Shown: one piece after another, positions 1 to 11,024 of the stretch
How positions within the stretch are numbered: the first letter of the stretch is position 1
Layout of the letters: every line of letters begins with the position of its first letter
DNA from: Candidatus Geocrenenecus huangii
Lineage (GTDB): Archaea; Thermoproteota; Nitrososphaeria_A; Caldarchaeales; Wolframiiraptoraceae
DNA length: 48,298 nucleotides
Direction of reading: 5' to 3'
Assembly (NCBI GenBank): GCA_023254095.1
Contig: JALNLM010000011.1
Span: forward strand, 1-48,298
Notes under the pieces: model-generated
Told to the model about the DNA's origin: nothing
Database searches by the model: none
Seen by the model: only the letters and a program-made list of their open reading frames with translations
Translations under genes and position numbers: made by a program

Positions 1-2
1 AA

Positions 3-104
3 AAGTGTTTAGTTGTTGAGGCATGGGGGGATGCGATAGCGGTATTCTGGAAAACGAGGAAGCATAAAACACTTCTAGAGAAAGCCATTAAGTATGTTGG
101 GTGA
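3..104 (+). CDS. 3' end of a gene truncated by the window edge (unknown product)
   Basis: Frame open from base 3, reading KCLVVEAWGDAIAVFWKTRKHKTLLEKAIKYVG to TGA at 102-104; too short to assign. Confidence 0.4.
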   Translation, partial: KCLVVEAWGDAIAVFWKTRKHKTLLEKAIKYVG

Positions 105-158
105 AGTAGTTATTCAAGAGTTAAATAAAGAATGTACTCTCAAGTTATTGGAGAGAAT

Positions 159-248
159 ATGGGTGGAAGACAGGTAAATCCGTATCTACCTACAGGTCAC
201 AGCGGTGAGGAAGAAGAGAAAAAGAAGAAAGAGAAAAAGAAGAAGTAG
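159..248 (+). CDS. Putative 29-aa small protein with a Glu/Lys-rich tail
   Basis: Manual translation MGGRQVNPYLPTGHSGEEEEKKKKEKKKK*; TTAAATA at 121-127 and GGAGAG just upstream of the ATG; below the ORF-track cutoff. Confidence 0.35.
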   Translation: MGGRQVNPYLPTGHSGEEEEKKKKEKKKK

Positions 249-264
249 CCTGCTCCTATAATAT

Positions 265-1668
265 TTATGCTTGGATTATTAGCTTCTTCTTGTAATGCTT
301 CCTTAAGGTTTCTTCTTTAATCTTTGTAAGCTCAGATTCTGGAAGTATAGAGAATATCTCCCAACCGATGTCCAGCGTCTGGTCTAAAGTCCTATTTTCA
401 TCATATCCCTGTTTAAGGAAACGTTGCTCAAACAAGTCTCCAAACTCTAGATACTTTAAGTCAATATCGCTTAACCCTGATTTGCCTACAATCTCTGATA
501 GAGCTCTCAGCTGTACCGCTCTAGCATAACTTGCGTAGAGCTGATTGCTGACCTCTCCATGGTCTAGTCTCGTCCTCTTCTCAGCTATTATACCTGGTCC
601 CATCAACCTTGATAGACTCATCAAGACGTTTATCGGAGGATAGATACCTTTTCTATATAAGTCTCTACTAAGTACGATCTGACCCTCAGTGATGTATCCT
701 GTAAGGTCTGGTATAGGATGAGTGATGTCGTCGCTGGGCATGGTGAGGATTGGCATCTGGGTTAGCGAGCCTTTTCTACCCTTAATCCTGCCAGCCCTCT
801 CATGGATACTTGCTAGATCTGTATACATGTACCCCGGGTAACCTTTCCTCCCTGGAACTTCTTCTCTAGCAGCACTTATTTCTCTTAGGCTTTCTGCATA
901 GTTAGTCATATCTGTTATTACTACTAGGACGTGGTAGTCTTTCTCAAACGCTAGGTATTCTGCGAGTGTTAATGCTACTCTCGGCGTGATGACCCTCTCA
1001 ACAGCTGGGTCGTCTGCAAGGTTAAGGAATAATGCACTACGTGATATGGCTCCACTATCCTCAAGGCTTCTCCTAAAGAATCTAGCTTCATCGTTCTGCA
1101 CGCCTACTGCTGCAAAGATTACAGCAAACTCTTCTTCTTTTCCAGGGACTGTAGCTTGACGGGCTATCTGGGCAGCTAGGAGATTATGCGGTAGCCCTGC
1201 TCCACTAAATATCGGAAGTTTCTGGCCTCTAACTAAGCTATTCATACCATCTATAGCCGATATACCTGTCTGGATAAAATCGCTAGGATAATCTCTTTCA
1301 TTCGGGTTTATTGGGTCGCCGTTGATATCTCTATATTCTTCAGCTACTGGTTCGGGTAATCCATCTATCGGTCTTCCAAGACCGTCAAATATTCTTCCAA
1401 GCATATCTTCTGATACTCCTAGCTCCATGGTTTTTCCTAGAAATCTCGCTCTAGTCTCAGAGATGGAGAGACCCTGCGTACCTTCAAAAACCTGTACTAC
1501 AGCTCTTCCTCGACCTACTTCTATAACTCTTCCTAGTCTTCTCTCTCCTGTCCCCGTTTCTATCTCTACAAGCTCATCGTATGCAACACTACTAACGTTC
1601 TCTACGATCATTAATGGACCTTTAATCTCTCTTATAGTAGAGTACTCTACTCCTGATACTCTAGCCAT
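265..1668 (-). CDS. atpB: A/V-type ATP synthase subunit B
   Basis: [37 protein letters not shown] and [13 protein letters not shown] motifs; likely ATG at 1668, just after the atpA stop (track start 1689). Confidence 0.97.
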   Translation of the reverse strand: MARVSGVEYSTIREIKGPLMIVENVSSVAYDELVEIETGTGERRLGRVIEVGRGRAVVQVFEGTQGLSISETRARFLGKTMELGVSEDMLGRIFDGLGRPIDGLPEPVAEEYRDINGDPINPNERDYPSDFIQTGISAIDGMNSLVRGQKLPIFSGAGLPHNLLAAQIARQATVPGKEEEFAVIFAAVGVQNDEARFFRRSLEDSGAISRSALFLNLADDPAVERVITPRVALTLAEYLAFEKDYHVLVVITDMTNYAESLREISAAREEVPGRKGYPGYMYTDLASIHERAGRIKGRKGSLTQMPILTMPSDDITHPIPDLTGYITEGQIVLSRDLYRKGIYPPINVLMSLSRLMGPGIIAEKRTRLDHGEVSNQLYASYARAVQLRALSEIVGKSGLSDIDLKYLEFGDLFEQRFLKQGYDENRTLDQTLDIGWEIFSILPESELTKIKEETLRKHYKKKLIIQA

Positions 1669-1669
1669 A

Positions 1670-4600
1670 CTATCTACCTCCCACTCCAACTTCAGAGCTA
1701 ATAGAAACCATTAATTGTCTAAACTCTTCCTCCATCTTCTTCTCCAGCTCGTCGAATAAGTCGAGTCTATCGTTAAGTATAGTCGACTTAGACCTTATCA
1801 GCTCCGCAATAATCTTCATAGCTCTTATGTCTTTCAATTGTACACCTCTCTCAAGAGCGTGCGCAGCCAATCTTTGGAATTTAACATATAGTTGAAGCAT
1901 TTTAACTTGTTTCTCAGGTTTGCATACAGAGTCTACTTCATCATATGCAGACTGCTGTAGGAACCCTTCCCTAATCATTCTGGCAACGTCCAATATGAGC
2001 TTTTCATCATCTGGCAATGCTTCCGGTCCTAGAAGCCTAACAATCTCAAGTAGCTCATCTTCACGTCTAAGAATCTGGTAGAATTCGTGCCTAAGCTTAA
2101 ACCATTCTTTATCGATGTTCTCTTCCCACCATCTCGCTACAGTCTCAACGTACGCGCTGTAAGACTGTATCCAGTTTATAGCTGGATAATGTCTAGAATA
2201 TGCAAGGTTCGGGTCTAGAGCCCAGAACACTCTTACAAATCTAAGTGTATGGGTTGTTACAGGCTCTGTGAAGTCGCCTCCAGGAGGTGAGACAGCTCCA
2301 ACAATTGTTACTGACCCGATCCTTTCAGGTCTACCCCACGTCTTAACTCTACCGGCCCTCTCATAGAATTCTGCAAGTCTAGAGCTTAGATAACTTGGAT
2401 AACCTTCTTCAGCGGGCAACTCCTCCAGCCTCCCACTAATCTCCCTTAATGCTTCAGCCCACCTACTCGTCGAGTCAGCTACGAGCAAGACATCGTAACC
2501 CATATCTCTATAGTATTCTGCGATGGTCACTCCAGTGTATATGCTTGCTTCTCTAGCAGCTACAGGCATATTGCTGGTATTAGCTATAAGTATAGTTCTC
2601 TCCATTAATGGTCTACCAGAGTAGGGGTCGATCATCTCGGGGAACTTTATCAGGATCTCGGATTCTTCATTCCCTCTCTCCCCACATCCAATATGTAAAA
2701 TAACCTTGGCATCACTCCACTTGGCGAGTTGGTGTAGGGTAACTGTATTGTGGAGTAGGCATGGAATGTGGCCTCCGACAAAATTGTGCACGTAGGGGAC
2801 TGTCAAATCATAGACTGTGAAGTCTCCAAAGATAATATCAACATCTTTTACCTCGTCGAAGAATACATCTTCTAATGCTCTAATCAACGTTGATACGAGG
2901 ATACACGAATGCTCTCCTTCAAGTTGGAATATTGGCAAAGCTTCTCCCAGAGAAGCCTGAACCTCAGTATGGGTTTCAACATATTCTCTGATGATGGAAG
3001 CTTTCTCCAAATCTTTAACTTCTTCAAGTATATTCAAATAAAATCTCTTGAGCTCGTTCATCCCTGAAATCAATATTTTATTTTCTCTGCCTTCATTCTC
3101 CTCTCTCCCGATCACGACTTTATAGAGTATGTTAAGCCTAGTCAGCAAATATGAGAGCAACTCTATGAGTTCTCTTGATGTAGAAGATATCTCTACCGTG
3201 CCCTTGTTGAACGACCCTCCACCTAAGTAGTATCCCCTAATAAATCCTGCAATTACATCATCAGGCGACATAAGAATTATCTTCGGGATAGCCGGCTTCC
3301 CAGATTTCCCTACTACTGGAAATCCAATAGAACTAAGAATCTTCACTAGAGATATATTGTTTATTTCGGTCCCTCTCTTATCCTTGAATATCTTTTCTCT
3401 ACCATTTACCTTGAATATCTCTCTAAGCAGCTGGTTGAAACGGGAGACAACGAGTCTATTACGATTCGTAAATCTTAAGCCATGTTTCGTAATTACTCCG
3501 CTAGACATCATCAACCCTATGAACTCGGCAAACTTGGAAGTCATGTACCGGGGCAGTCTTACTCTTTTTCCTCTACCATGACTTTTAACAGTAAATTCAA
3601 GTGGGAGTTCTCTACCGAGATGTCTGGATAGTTTTATTAAGAATCCTAACGTTGGCTTATGCCTACTGCTACGATATGATATAAGAGTCCAATAGTTTAC
3701 GTTGATGGCTTTTGCTAAAGCTTTGAGCGACATAGCTTCTTGCTCAGCTTCTCTGAACATTTCTTTAACAAGCTTGAGATCTTCTTCTCCACATAAATGC
3801 AAGTCATGGATTTCTTCCAGCGGGATAGGTTGGTAGATGTTTTTGATAGATAATTTACGAGGCATAGCTAAAAGATCTCCCTTAGATATGCTATAAGCAG
3901 GCATCTCCAATATTCTACCTGTCTCGGGATCAAGCTTGAACAATTTATGTAATGGTGTAATCTTAATCTCTCTACCGGAAGAAGTAACTAATCTTACCAG
4001 ACACTTGGATCTCCCTCTATAGATGTGGGATACCTCGAGTTCTCTTAACCTCTCTCCATCGAAACCTATAATCTTCAACCCCTCTACAGGAATTAACACT
4101 TCTTCTAAACCATCATTCATGCTAGTGCCGGCGGAAGCTTTCCTAAACAATTCATCTATCGGTACAATTGTTCCATCAGAAAGTAGGATTGGTGTTCCAG
4201 GTGGTACGCATTTCCCTGTTCCGAAAGCTCCTGGAATACATCCTGTCCCCCCTTTCGCCATCGGGAATAATGTGTCCAAAACTCTTTGACCCGTTATGAG
4301 CGGGACCACGGGATCCAATCTTTCCCTAAAAGGTCTAGGCTGTCTTACTGGCCATCTATGATACATTTTTAATTGTTCTTCACCTCTGTTCGTTCTTATC
4401 GTCGCTATCGTTTCTTCAACAGTGTATTCTCCTTCATCAGCGATCCCCACTATTTCTCCTCCTTTACTATCTGGTGGAACCATGACTTTATGCTGTATCA
4501 ATGGGGTTTCCTCAACTACTCCAATAGTATCTCCAGCTCCAACTCTCTGACCCTTCTTGACCGTTGGCGTAAACTTCCACTTCTTATCTAGAGCTATAGG

Positions 4601-4930
4601 CGGTACGTGTACTCCACGTTTAATGAATGGACCGACAGTTCTAGCTATGCTTAGTAATGGTCTCTGAACTCCATCGTAGATGCTTCCAATTAACCCGGGG
4701 CCAAGCGCTACAGTTAATGGCTGTCCTGTCCCATAGACTGGCTCACCAGGCCTAAGACCACTTGTATTCTCGTAGACCTGTATGAAGGCCACGTCTCCTG
4801 TTAGCTTTATTATCTCTCCGATAAGCCTCTCTTCACCTACGTACACTGTTTCATACATTCTTGCACCCATCATCCCCTCTGCTCGGACAGCTGGACCTGC
4901 AACCCATATTATCCTACCATGTACAGTCAT
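1670..4930 (-). CDS. atpA: A/V-type ATP synthase subunit A, intein-containing
   Basis: Walker A GAFGTGK|T split by an insertion; [20 protein letters not shown] and [12 protein letters not shown] motifs; 598 aa after intein removal. Confidence 0.97.
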   Translation of the reverse strand: MTVHGRIIWVAGPAVRAEGMMGARMYETVYVGEERLIGEIIKLTGDVAFIQVYENTSGLRPGEPVYGTGQPLTVALGPGLIGSIYDGVQRPLLSIARTVGPFIKRGVHVPPIALDKKWKFTPTVKKGQRVGAGDTIGVVEETPLIQHKVMVPPDSKGGEIVGIADEGEYTVEETIATIRTNRGEEQLKMYHRWPVRQPRPFRERLDPVVPLITGQRVLDTLFPMAKGGTGCIPGAFGTGKCVPPGTPILLSDGTIVPIDELFRKASAGTSMNDGLEEVLIPVEGLKIIGFDGERLRELEVSHIYRGRSKCLVRLVTSSGREIKITPLHKLFKLDPETGRILEMPAYSISKGDLLAMPRKLSIKNIYQPIPLEEIHDLHLCGEEDLKLVKEMFREAEQEAMSLKALAKAINVNYWTLISYRSSRHKPTLGFLIKLSRHLGRELPLEFTVKSHGRGKRVRLPRYMTSKFAEFIGLMMSSGVITKHGLRFTNRNRLVVSRFNQLLREIFKVNGREKIFKDKRGTEINNISLVKILSSIGFPVVGKSGKPAIPKIILMSPDDVIAGFIRGYYLGGGSFNKGTVEISSTSRELIELLSYLLTRLNILYKVVIGREENEGRENKILISGMNELKRFYLNILEEVKDLEKASIIREYVETHTEVQASLGEALPIFQLEGEHSCILVSTLIRALEDVFFDEVKDVDIIFGDFTVYDLTVPYVHNFVGGHIPCLLHNTVTLHQLAKWSDAKVILHIGCGERGNEESEILIKFPEMIDPYSGRPLMERTILIANTSNMPVAAREASIYTGVTIAEYYRDMGYDVLLVADSTSRWAEALREISGRLEELPAEEGYPSYLSSRLAEFYERAGRVKTWGRPERIGSVTIVGAVSPPGGDFTEPVTTHTLRFVRVFWALDPNLAYSRHYPAINWIQSYSAYVETVARWWEENIDKEWFKLRHEFYQILRREDELLEIVRLLGPEALPDDEKLILDVARMIREGFLQQSAYDEVDSVCKPEKQVKMLQLYVKFQRLAAHALERGVQLKDIRAMKIIAELIRSKSTILNDRLDLFDELEKKMEEEFRQLMVSISSEVGVGGR
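2747..4210 (-). mobile_element. Intein (488 aa) in the AtpA P-loop, with an HTH-like segment and a degenerate LAGLIDADG endonuclease
   Basis: Starts at Cys241 ([10 protein letters not shown]); block B ITPLHKLF; block [13 protein letters not shown]; ends HN followed by extein Thr; removal restores GTGKTVT. Confidence 0.95.
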
Positions 4931-5084
4931 ACCCTATCCTCCACAACTGTCTATACATTGCCGATCTTCTCTATTTATCTTATGAAGTATGCATCAAAAA
5001 TAGACTTATTTAGAAGATGCTGGGTTGAGGAGGCGAATAATGTTCTTAGAAGCTTGTAGGGAGTATTTCTTCATCTATGGCAGG

Positions 5085-6560
5085 TTATATAGAAGAGTAT
5101 GTTAGGAGGCGGAGTATGAAGTCTGGGTATACGCCGAATAAGATGGAGATCGCTGAGAGAATGAATAACGGAATTACCATCATAGGGGGTTCCTTCTTCA
5201 CTGAGTTGGATTCGAAAGATGGCTGCCCAAAAAATACTCTCTTTATAGGCCAGAATGTATAGACTAGTGTTAGGAAGGTTGCAAATATCCCTGTGAAGGC
5301 AACAAGGTATCCTATCTCAACACTTTTCTCAAATATTCCTATGAACATCGCCCATTCTGCCTGGAAGCCGCTCAGAGGGGGTATGGCTGAGAGTATCATC
5401 GATCCAAGAATTGCGAGGATGGCCGTCGATGGAGCGAGCTTGGCTAATCCGCTAATCTTCCTCATATCTCTCACCTCTGAAAGGTAAACTACTATTCCGG
5501 CCACTGAGAAGAGAATACATTTTCCAATCATGTGGCTGATGAAGTAGAAGATCCCGCCTACTACTCCAAGTGTTGTACAGCTTGCTATACCTAGGATGGA
5601 GTAAGCATTCTGGCTTATAGTTGAACATGCATACAATCTCTTAATATCATCTTGCGCTAAAGTCAGAAAGGCACCGTACACCATCGTAACCAAGGACCAA
5701 ATCATCAGCGGTAATCCGAAGAGCTGAAACGCGTTAAACATGTTGTTAACAAGCAATCTTACTATTGCGTAGTTTCCTAGGCCTACAATTGTAGCGATTA
5801 TCGCAGCAATGGATGTTGGATGCTCTCCATGTGCATGGGGCAACCATACATGGAACCCGAAGATAGCCATCTTGATAAGCCAGCCTAAAAGAATAAAGAA
5901 GCATACCCAAAAAGCTGATCCGCCTTGAACCTTCGCTAAGTCAAATATGTTGAAGCTACCCCCATTACTGAAATATGCCAAGACTATTCCAGCTAGGAAA
6001 AGCCCTGCACCTAGATGATTCCATATAAAGTACATCATAGCTATCCTATGTCTATCATGGTAACCGTATAAGTCTATCATGAAGTAGGAGGGGATTAAGA
6101 CAAGCTCAAGGAAAAGATACATAGTAATCAAATCTGTTGATAGTGCGACCCCGGTTAATCCAACCGCAAAGAAGAGATATATTGCGAAATACAAGTTTAG
6201 CAACTTATCGTTCTCTCCACCATACAATATCTCGATCCTATGTGTGATGTAGGGAATAGAATAGAAAGCGCATACAGTACACAGAAGGTTCATAATGAGA
6301 GCGATCGGTAGGCTTAGACCATCGGCTAATAAACCAAGCTTTAATCTTAGAAACTGGCTCCAAGAATATTCCTCATAGATAGATGTTAGACTACTCCATA
6401 ACTGTATATAGAGAGAGACTAGAATGAGAGATGTATAGGTTAAGGATGCACAGGCAATGTATGCTCCAGCTTTACCCAATCTACCTCTTGTAAGCAATAT
6501 AATGATTGAGACAATAATCGGGATGACTATTACTTGAAGGAGCAGGTTAGACGACCACAT
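5085..6560 (-). CDS. nuoM: Antiporter-like membrane subunit (NuoM/MrpD family) of the complex-I-like hydrogenase
   Basis: Polytopic membrane protein; FLELVLIP, KMAIFGFHVWLPHAH, DDIKRLYACSTISQ and PPLSGF motifs. Confidence 0.85.
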   Translation of the reverse strand: MWSSNLLLQVIVIPIIVSIIILLTRGRLGKAGAYIACASLTYTSLILVSLYIQLWSSLTSIYEEYSWSQFLRLKLGLLADGLSLPIALIMNLLCTVCAFYSIPYITHRIEILYGGENDKLLNLYFAIYLFFAVGLTGVALSTDLITMYLFLELVLIPSYFMIDLYGYHDRHRIAMMYFIWNHLGAGLFLAGIVLAYFSNGGSFNIFDLAKVQGGSAFWVCFFILLGWLIKMAIFGFHVWLPHAHGEHPTSIAAIIATIVGLGNYAIVRLLVNNMFNAFQLFGLPLMIWSLVTMVYGAFLTLAQDDIKRLYACSTISQNAYSILGIASCTTLGVVGGIFYFISHMIGKCILFSVAGIVVYLSEVRDMRKISGLAKLAPSTAILAILGSMILSAIPPLSGFQAEWAMFIGIFEKSVEIGYLVAFTGIFATFLTLVYTFWPIKRVFFGQPSFESNSVKKEPPMMVIPLFILSAISILFGVYPDFILRLLTYSSI

Positions 6561-6561
6561 C

Positions 6562-8565
6562 TTACCCCACCAGTAGGAAGATCATCATGACGGCTAAGAA
6601 GATCAGCACGTACAACATATTCACAGATAGCAAACCCGTCTGCATGCTTCTCAATATCTGACTCATCCTGCTGAATATCCCTGGGACACCTATATTCAAT
6701 AACACGTCCATGGACGTTTCTAGCTTACCCTGGATGCCCGATCTTACAGATAGTATACTTCTAACAAACACCGATTCATAGAATTTATCAATATACCATC
6801 TATTCCAAAAGACTTTATGCAGCTTCTCCAATATAGGATTCCTGACTATAAGATTCACGTAATCCGCTCTATACTTGACATAATAGAAGTAGCTAGCCAC
6901 TGAAGCTATTGCGATGACTGAGATAGAAGATAATGGGATTAGAGTTGACTCCACCCATTCTCCTCTCGGATATGTTTCCAATCTTAGACTCATCGATAAG
7001 AATCCATGAAAGATCTCTTTGAACAAGTTTTTAAACCAGTATCCTAGGATGCCTATTATTAGAGACAACCCTGAAAGAACGCCTATTGGCGCAACCATCA
7101 CCGGTTCTTCCTCGGAGTGCGTATGTCCTCCTCCATCATGTACCTTTGCATCAACGCGGAATACATGGTACATCATTCTTATAGAATATAGGCAGGTAAC
7201 AAAAGCTGTCAGTAATCCGAGACTGAATAATAAGATTTGACCCGACTCTAAGCAGGCTGCAAGTACTTCATCCTTACTCCAGAAACCTGAGAACGGTGGA
7301 ACGCCAATAAGAGATAATACAGACACCCACGTAAAGAACCATATAAGCCGGGTTCTCCGTTTATCGAGACTCTTCTCATGTATGTATATTGAGCCCGTCA
7401 AATGTATCACTGCGCCCGCCGACATGAATAATGCTGCCTTGAATAATGCGTGACTAAGCAAGTGGAGCATACTTCCACTGTAACCAGCTATAGTAGCTTC
7501 TTGGCTTAACCCGGCGGCACCCAGCCCCATCATCATGTAGCCTATCTGGCTCATAGTTGAATAAGCTAGAATCTTCTTAATCTCTAAAGCAGTAACGGCT
7601 TCTGTAGCTGTTAGAAAGGCAGTAGCTACTCCCAAGAAGGCAACTATCTGGAAAAAGAATCTAGCTTCTTGAATTCCAACGATCCAGTATGTATTATAGT
7701 ATAATGGGAATAGTCGGGCGACTATGTATACTCCTGCTTTAACCATTGTAGCGGCATGTATTAATGCAGAGACAGGTGCTGGCCCAGCCATAGCTTCAGG
7801 TAACCAAATATGAAGTGGGAATTGAGCTGATTTCCCAGCAACACCCAGCAGTAACAATATTATAGATGCCAGGATCAATCCAGGCGATTGAGCCATCTTA
7901 AGCATCCATTCCGGAGACGAATTAAGCAGTGTTACAAAATTAAAAGTTTTAGAGTATACAAATATTAGTATTATTCCAGATAGCATGGCCACATCTCCGA
8001 AAGATGTTACAAGTAATGCCTTCAGAGCACATGTTGAGGGCTTCTGGAAAGGGCTGGGCGGAGGTCCACCGATCCAGTATCTTTCTTCATCTCTATAGTA
8101 GTGGCCTATCAATGCAAAACTACATAATCCAACCATTTTCCACCCAATGAAGAAAAGTATGAAGTTATCTGCTAAAACTAGTAGAAGCATACTTGATGTA
8201 AAAAGAGACATAAGAGCCCAAAATCTCGTCTGACCATCTTCTCTCCTCATATACCATGTAGAGTACACTAGTATTAGGAAGCTGACAAAAGATACTATGT
8301 TCACCATAATTATAGATAGTGAGTCGACAAGCATTCCTAAACTAGTAGGTTCGCCTTCTGGGAGATAGATCCAGCCACTCTTAACATTCAGTGCTTGATT
8401 AGTAGAAACCATTGGCACCATAAGCAGAGCCGAGATCCATGATACCAAAACTGAGGATGAAGCGGCCACTCCTTTTACAGTATTATCCCTGGAGAGAAGA
8501 GTGAGCAATGCTCCAATTAAGGGGGATATCCAGCAAATCCAGGGAGCAAAATCAGTAATGTTCAT
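6562..8565 (-). CDS. nuoL: Antiporter-like membrane subunit (NuoL/MrpA family)
   Basis: GKSAQFPLHIWLPEAMAGPAPVSALIHAATMVKAG, SHALFKAALF and PPFSGFWSKD motifs; C-terminal lateral-helix region (WYIDKFY...QTG). Confidence 0.9.
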   Translation of the reverse strand: MNITDFAPWICWISPLIGALLTLLSRDNTVKGVAASSSVLVSWISALLMVPMVSTNQALNVKSGWIYLPEGEPTSLGMLVDSLSIIMVNIVSFVSFLILVYSTWYMRREDGQTRFWALMSLFTSSMLLLVLADNFILFFIGWKMVGLCSFALIGHYYRDEERYWIGGPPPSPFQKPSTCALKALLVTSFGDVAMLSGIILIFVYSKTFNFVTLLNSSPEWMLKMAQSPGLILASIILLLLGVAGKSAQFPLHIWLPEAMAGPAPVSALIHAATMVKAGVYIVARLFPLYYNTYWIVGIQEARFFFQIVAFLGVATAFLTATEAVTALEIKKILAYSTMSQIGYMMMGLGAAGLSQEATIAGYSGSMLHLLSHALFKAALFMSAGAVIHLTGSIYIHEKSLDKRRTRLIWFFTWVSVLSLIGVPPFSGFWSKDEVLAACLESGQILLFSLGLLTAFVTCLYSIRMMYHVFRVDAKVHDGGGHTHSEEEPVMVAPIGVLSGLSLIIGILGYWFKNLFKEIFHGFLSMSLRLETYPRGEWVESTLIPLSSISVIAIASVASYFYYVKYRADYVNLIVRNPILEKLHKVFWNRWYIDKFYESVFVRSILSVRSGIQGKLETSMDVLLNIGVPGIFSRMSQILRSMQTGLLSVNMLYVLIFLAVMMIFLLVG

Positions 8566-8573
8566 CTCCGCAT

Positions 8574-10046
8574 CTACCCCTCCCCTAGACTTAAGATATG
8601 TGAGGCGGCCGATTGGGCAAGACTGAAAACAGGGTCAGGATATAATCCGAAGAATATGATAAAGACTGTAGCAGCATATATTGGGACAACTATCTGTATT
8701 GGAGCTTCCTTCATCTTCTCCATGTTTTCGGATTTAGGAGCCATCAGTACTCTTATTATTCTAAGATAGTATCCTGCTGATATTGCGCTGTTGATTACGA
8801 GAGATAGGCCAAGCCAGAGCATTCCAGAATTCATAGATGCCAAGAACAAGTAGAGTTTGCTGATGAACCCATTGAGAGGCGGCATACCTATAGATGATAG
8901 CAGAGAGATTATCAATGCTGACGTGGTTAATGGCATCACTCGACCTACACCATGCATCTCCGCTAGTTTCCTAGTACCTAGCCGGTACACAAATGCTCCA
9001 GCACAAAAGAAAGATACACATTTAATGAATGCGTGGTTGAACAAGTGTAGTAGAGAAGCTGTTATGCCTGGAAGCGTCCACACGGAAACACCTATCAACA
9101 TGTAGCCTACGTGAGCTATGCTAGAGTATGCGAGCATCCTCTTTAGGTCATCTTGAAGAAGAGCTGCAATATTACCGAAAAACATATTCAGCACGCTTAG
9201 AACGCTTATTAACCAGATAGAATGGATGTCTACAGCATAACTTAGAACTGAGAATGAGCGGATCATCGCATACAATCCTGTTACGGTAACTATCCCAGAC
9301 ATGAATGCAGAGATGGATGAGGGCGCCGCCATGTAGGCGTCTGGAAGCCATGTATGCAATGGAAACAACGCCGTCTTTATGCCGAAACCAACTAGTAGGA
9401 AAACTAACGCAACGTAGATCAAGGGATTGAAGGAGATGGCCTTGAGGGCTGAAGCTACACCTTGAAAGTTTAGCGTTCCTGTAACAGTATAGATCAATGT
9501 TAAACCGAAGAGGATGGTCGCCGACCCTGCACTACTCATAATTGTATACTTTATTCCCGCCTCGATAGATTCCGACTCGCTCTTCCTAAAAGCCACAAGC
9601 ATGTATGATGAAACACACATTAATTCCCAGAAGACGAAGAGTGTGAAGAAATCGTAAGAAGAAGCTAAACCTAGTATCCCTGCAACATTCAAGAATAGTA
9701 GAGAATAGTAGATTGGGAGTCCAGAATCTCTCTCCATATATTTAAGTGAGTATATGGAAGTTAGAAGCCCGAGGCTTATGGCCACCAAGAAGATTAGGAT
9801 CTCTGAAGAATCAAAAGCTGAGATTATTCCGTAGGGATTAGAACTTGGAAGTATGTTCTGGAGCACGAGCCGAATCTTCTCCAAGATGTCTAGAGAGAAG
9901 ATGATTAAAGCTGAGGAAAACCCTATTATCGAGAGAATGTTACATGCTAAGTGGATCTTATGCGTAGATACGATAAACTTGATGAAAGGCATGACTATCG
10001 AGAATGCGAAGATGATTATTAGAGAAGGAGTAAACATTTTTATCAC
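8574..10046 (-). CDS. nuoN: Antiporter-like membrane subunit (NuoN/MrpD/MbhH family)
   Basis: EAGIKY, KTALFPLHTWLPDAY, DLKRMLAYSSIAH and PPLNGFISK motifs. Confidence 0.8.
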   Translation of the reverse strand: MIKMFTPSLIIIFAFSIVMPFIKFIVSTHKIHLACNILSIIGFSSALIIFSLDILEKIRLVLQNILPSSNPYGIISAFDSSEILIFLVAISLGLLTSIYSLKYMERDSGLPIYYSLLFLNVAGILGLASSYDFFTLFVFWELMCVSSYMLVAFRKSESESIEAGIKYTIMSSAGSATILFGLTLIYTVTGTLNFQGVASALKAISFNPLIYVALVFLLVGFGIKTALFPLHTWLPDAYMAAPSSISAFMSGIVTVTGLYAMIRSFSVLSYAVDIHSIWLISVLSVLNMFFGNIAALLQDDLKRMLAYSSIAHVGYMLIGVSVWTLPGITASLLHLFNHAFIKCVSFFCAGAFVYRLGTRKLAEMHGVGRVMPLTTSALIISLLSSIGMPPLNGFISKLYLFLASMNSGMLWLGLSLVINSAISAGYYLRIIRVLMAPKSENMEKMKEAPIQIVVPIYAATVFIIFFGLYPDPVFSLAQSAASHILSLGEG

Positions 10047-10357
10047 CCCCTTAGCCTACGCATAACACGGATATCTAGTGTCCTGTAGCATTTGTAGGCT
10101 TGATATGCAAGGGCTAGAAGCACTGCACTAACAGAGGCGGCCAGACCTATCGAAATTATCACTATTGAACTGACGGAAGGATCGATGAAGCCTCCCTTCC
10201 AGTAAGAAGAAACTGCTATAAAATTTACATGTGCACCATTAACCATTATCTCTATACCTAGAATGAGCCGTATCAGGTTTCTCTTCGTTATGAGAGCGTA
10301 TATTCCAACTGAATAGAGGATGAATGCCGTAGTGATATACCATAGGACTGGAAGCAT
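10043..10357 (-). CDS. nuoK: NuoK/MrpC/MbhG-like small membrane subunit
   Basis: KRNLIRLILGIEIM...TLDIRVMRRLRG; 3 TM; likely ATG at 10357 with GGTGA RBS (track start 10396). Confidence 0.85.
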   Translation of the reverse strand: MLPVLWYITTAFILYSVGIYALITKRNLIRLILGIEIMVNGAHVNFIAVSSYWKGGFIDPSVSSIVIISIGLAASVSAVLLALAYQAYKCYRTLDIRVMRRLRG

Positions 10358-10361
10358 TATC

Positions 10362-10622
10362 TCACCATCCTCCTGCTTTAAAGAATAATAGACCACCTAA
10401 CGTAGCCGAAAATAATATGAAGGCTTGGACAACTACATCTTGGGATCTATCAGTCCAAAGATATGAAGAGATCGCTGGGCCTGCAAGCTCTACTTCTACC
10501 AAACTTCTAGGAGGAGAGATCTCTGCAAACGTAGAAGACCGTGAAATATACACTACAAAGAAAACTAACGCGGTGAGCAGTAGTAGTAGAGTAATTAATC
10601 CGAGGAATCTTTCAATCTTCAC
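10362..10622 (-). CDS. Small membrane subunit (MbhE / NuoJ C-terminal-like)
   Basis: 2 TM with YLWTDRSQDVVVQAFILF motif; operon position between the NuoJ-N and NuoK-like genes. Confidence 0.65.
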   Translation of the reverse strand: MKIERFLGLITLLLLLTALVFFVVYISRSSTFAEISPPRSLVEVELAGPAISSYLWTDRSQDVVVQAFILFSATLGGLLFFKAGGW

Positions 10623-10870
10623 TTCATTTCACGCTCCTCTCCAGCTGTAAGAGCTATAACCGCTATAAGCAATACGACCATAGCTCCAGCATAGATTAGA
10701 AGCTGGAATATTGCAACATAGTAGGCTCCGAGCAACCAGAACAAAACACCGATAGACGTACACATAACTGCGAAGACTAATGTAGCCCTGAATAAGCTTC
10801 TAATCTCGATAGCAATTATGGAAAGAACCAAAATCAAACCAATGAGAAAAAATTCCAAGTAATGATACAA
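10619..10870 (-). CDS. nuoJ: NuoJ N-terminal / MbhD-like membrane subunit
   Basis: 3 TM; LLGAYYVAIFQLLIYAGAMVVL matches the NuoJ QxLxYxGA motif. Confidence 0.8.
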   Translation of the reverse strand: MYHYLEFFLIGLILVLSIIAIEIRSLFRATLVFAVMCTSIGVLFWLLGAYYVAIFQLLIYAGAMVVLLIAVIALTAGEEREMK

Positions 10871-11024
10871 ACCGAACCCCCATTATATGTATCGAAGGTA
10901 TATTTTTAAGATTCGATATATATATCATATATATAGAAAACAGTCTTAGCTGGCCTTTATTCATACTAGTATATACCTTATATGCGATATTCTTATCAAA
11001 GAAAAATATGAATAATCTATTGGT
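10871..11024. promoter_or_regulatory. Divergent promoter region of the two hydrogenase operons
   Basis: AT-rich 154-bp gap between head-to-head genes; perfect palindrome GATATATATATC at 10915-10926; several TATA-like boxes. Confidence 0.6.
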
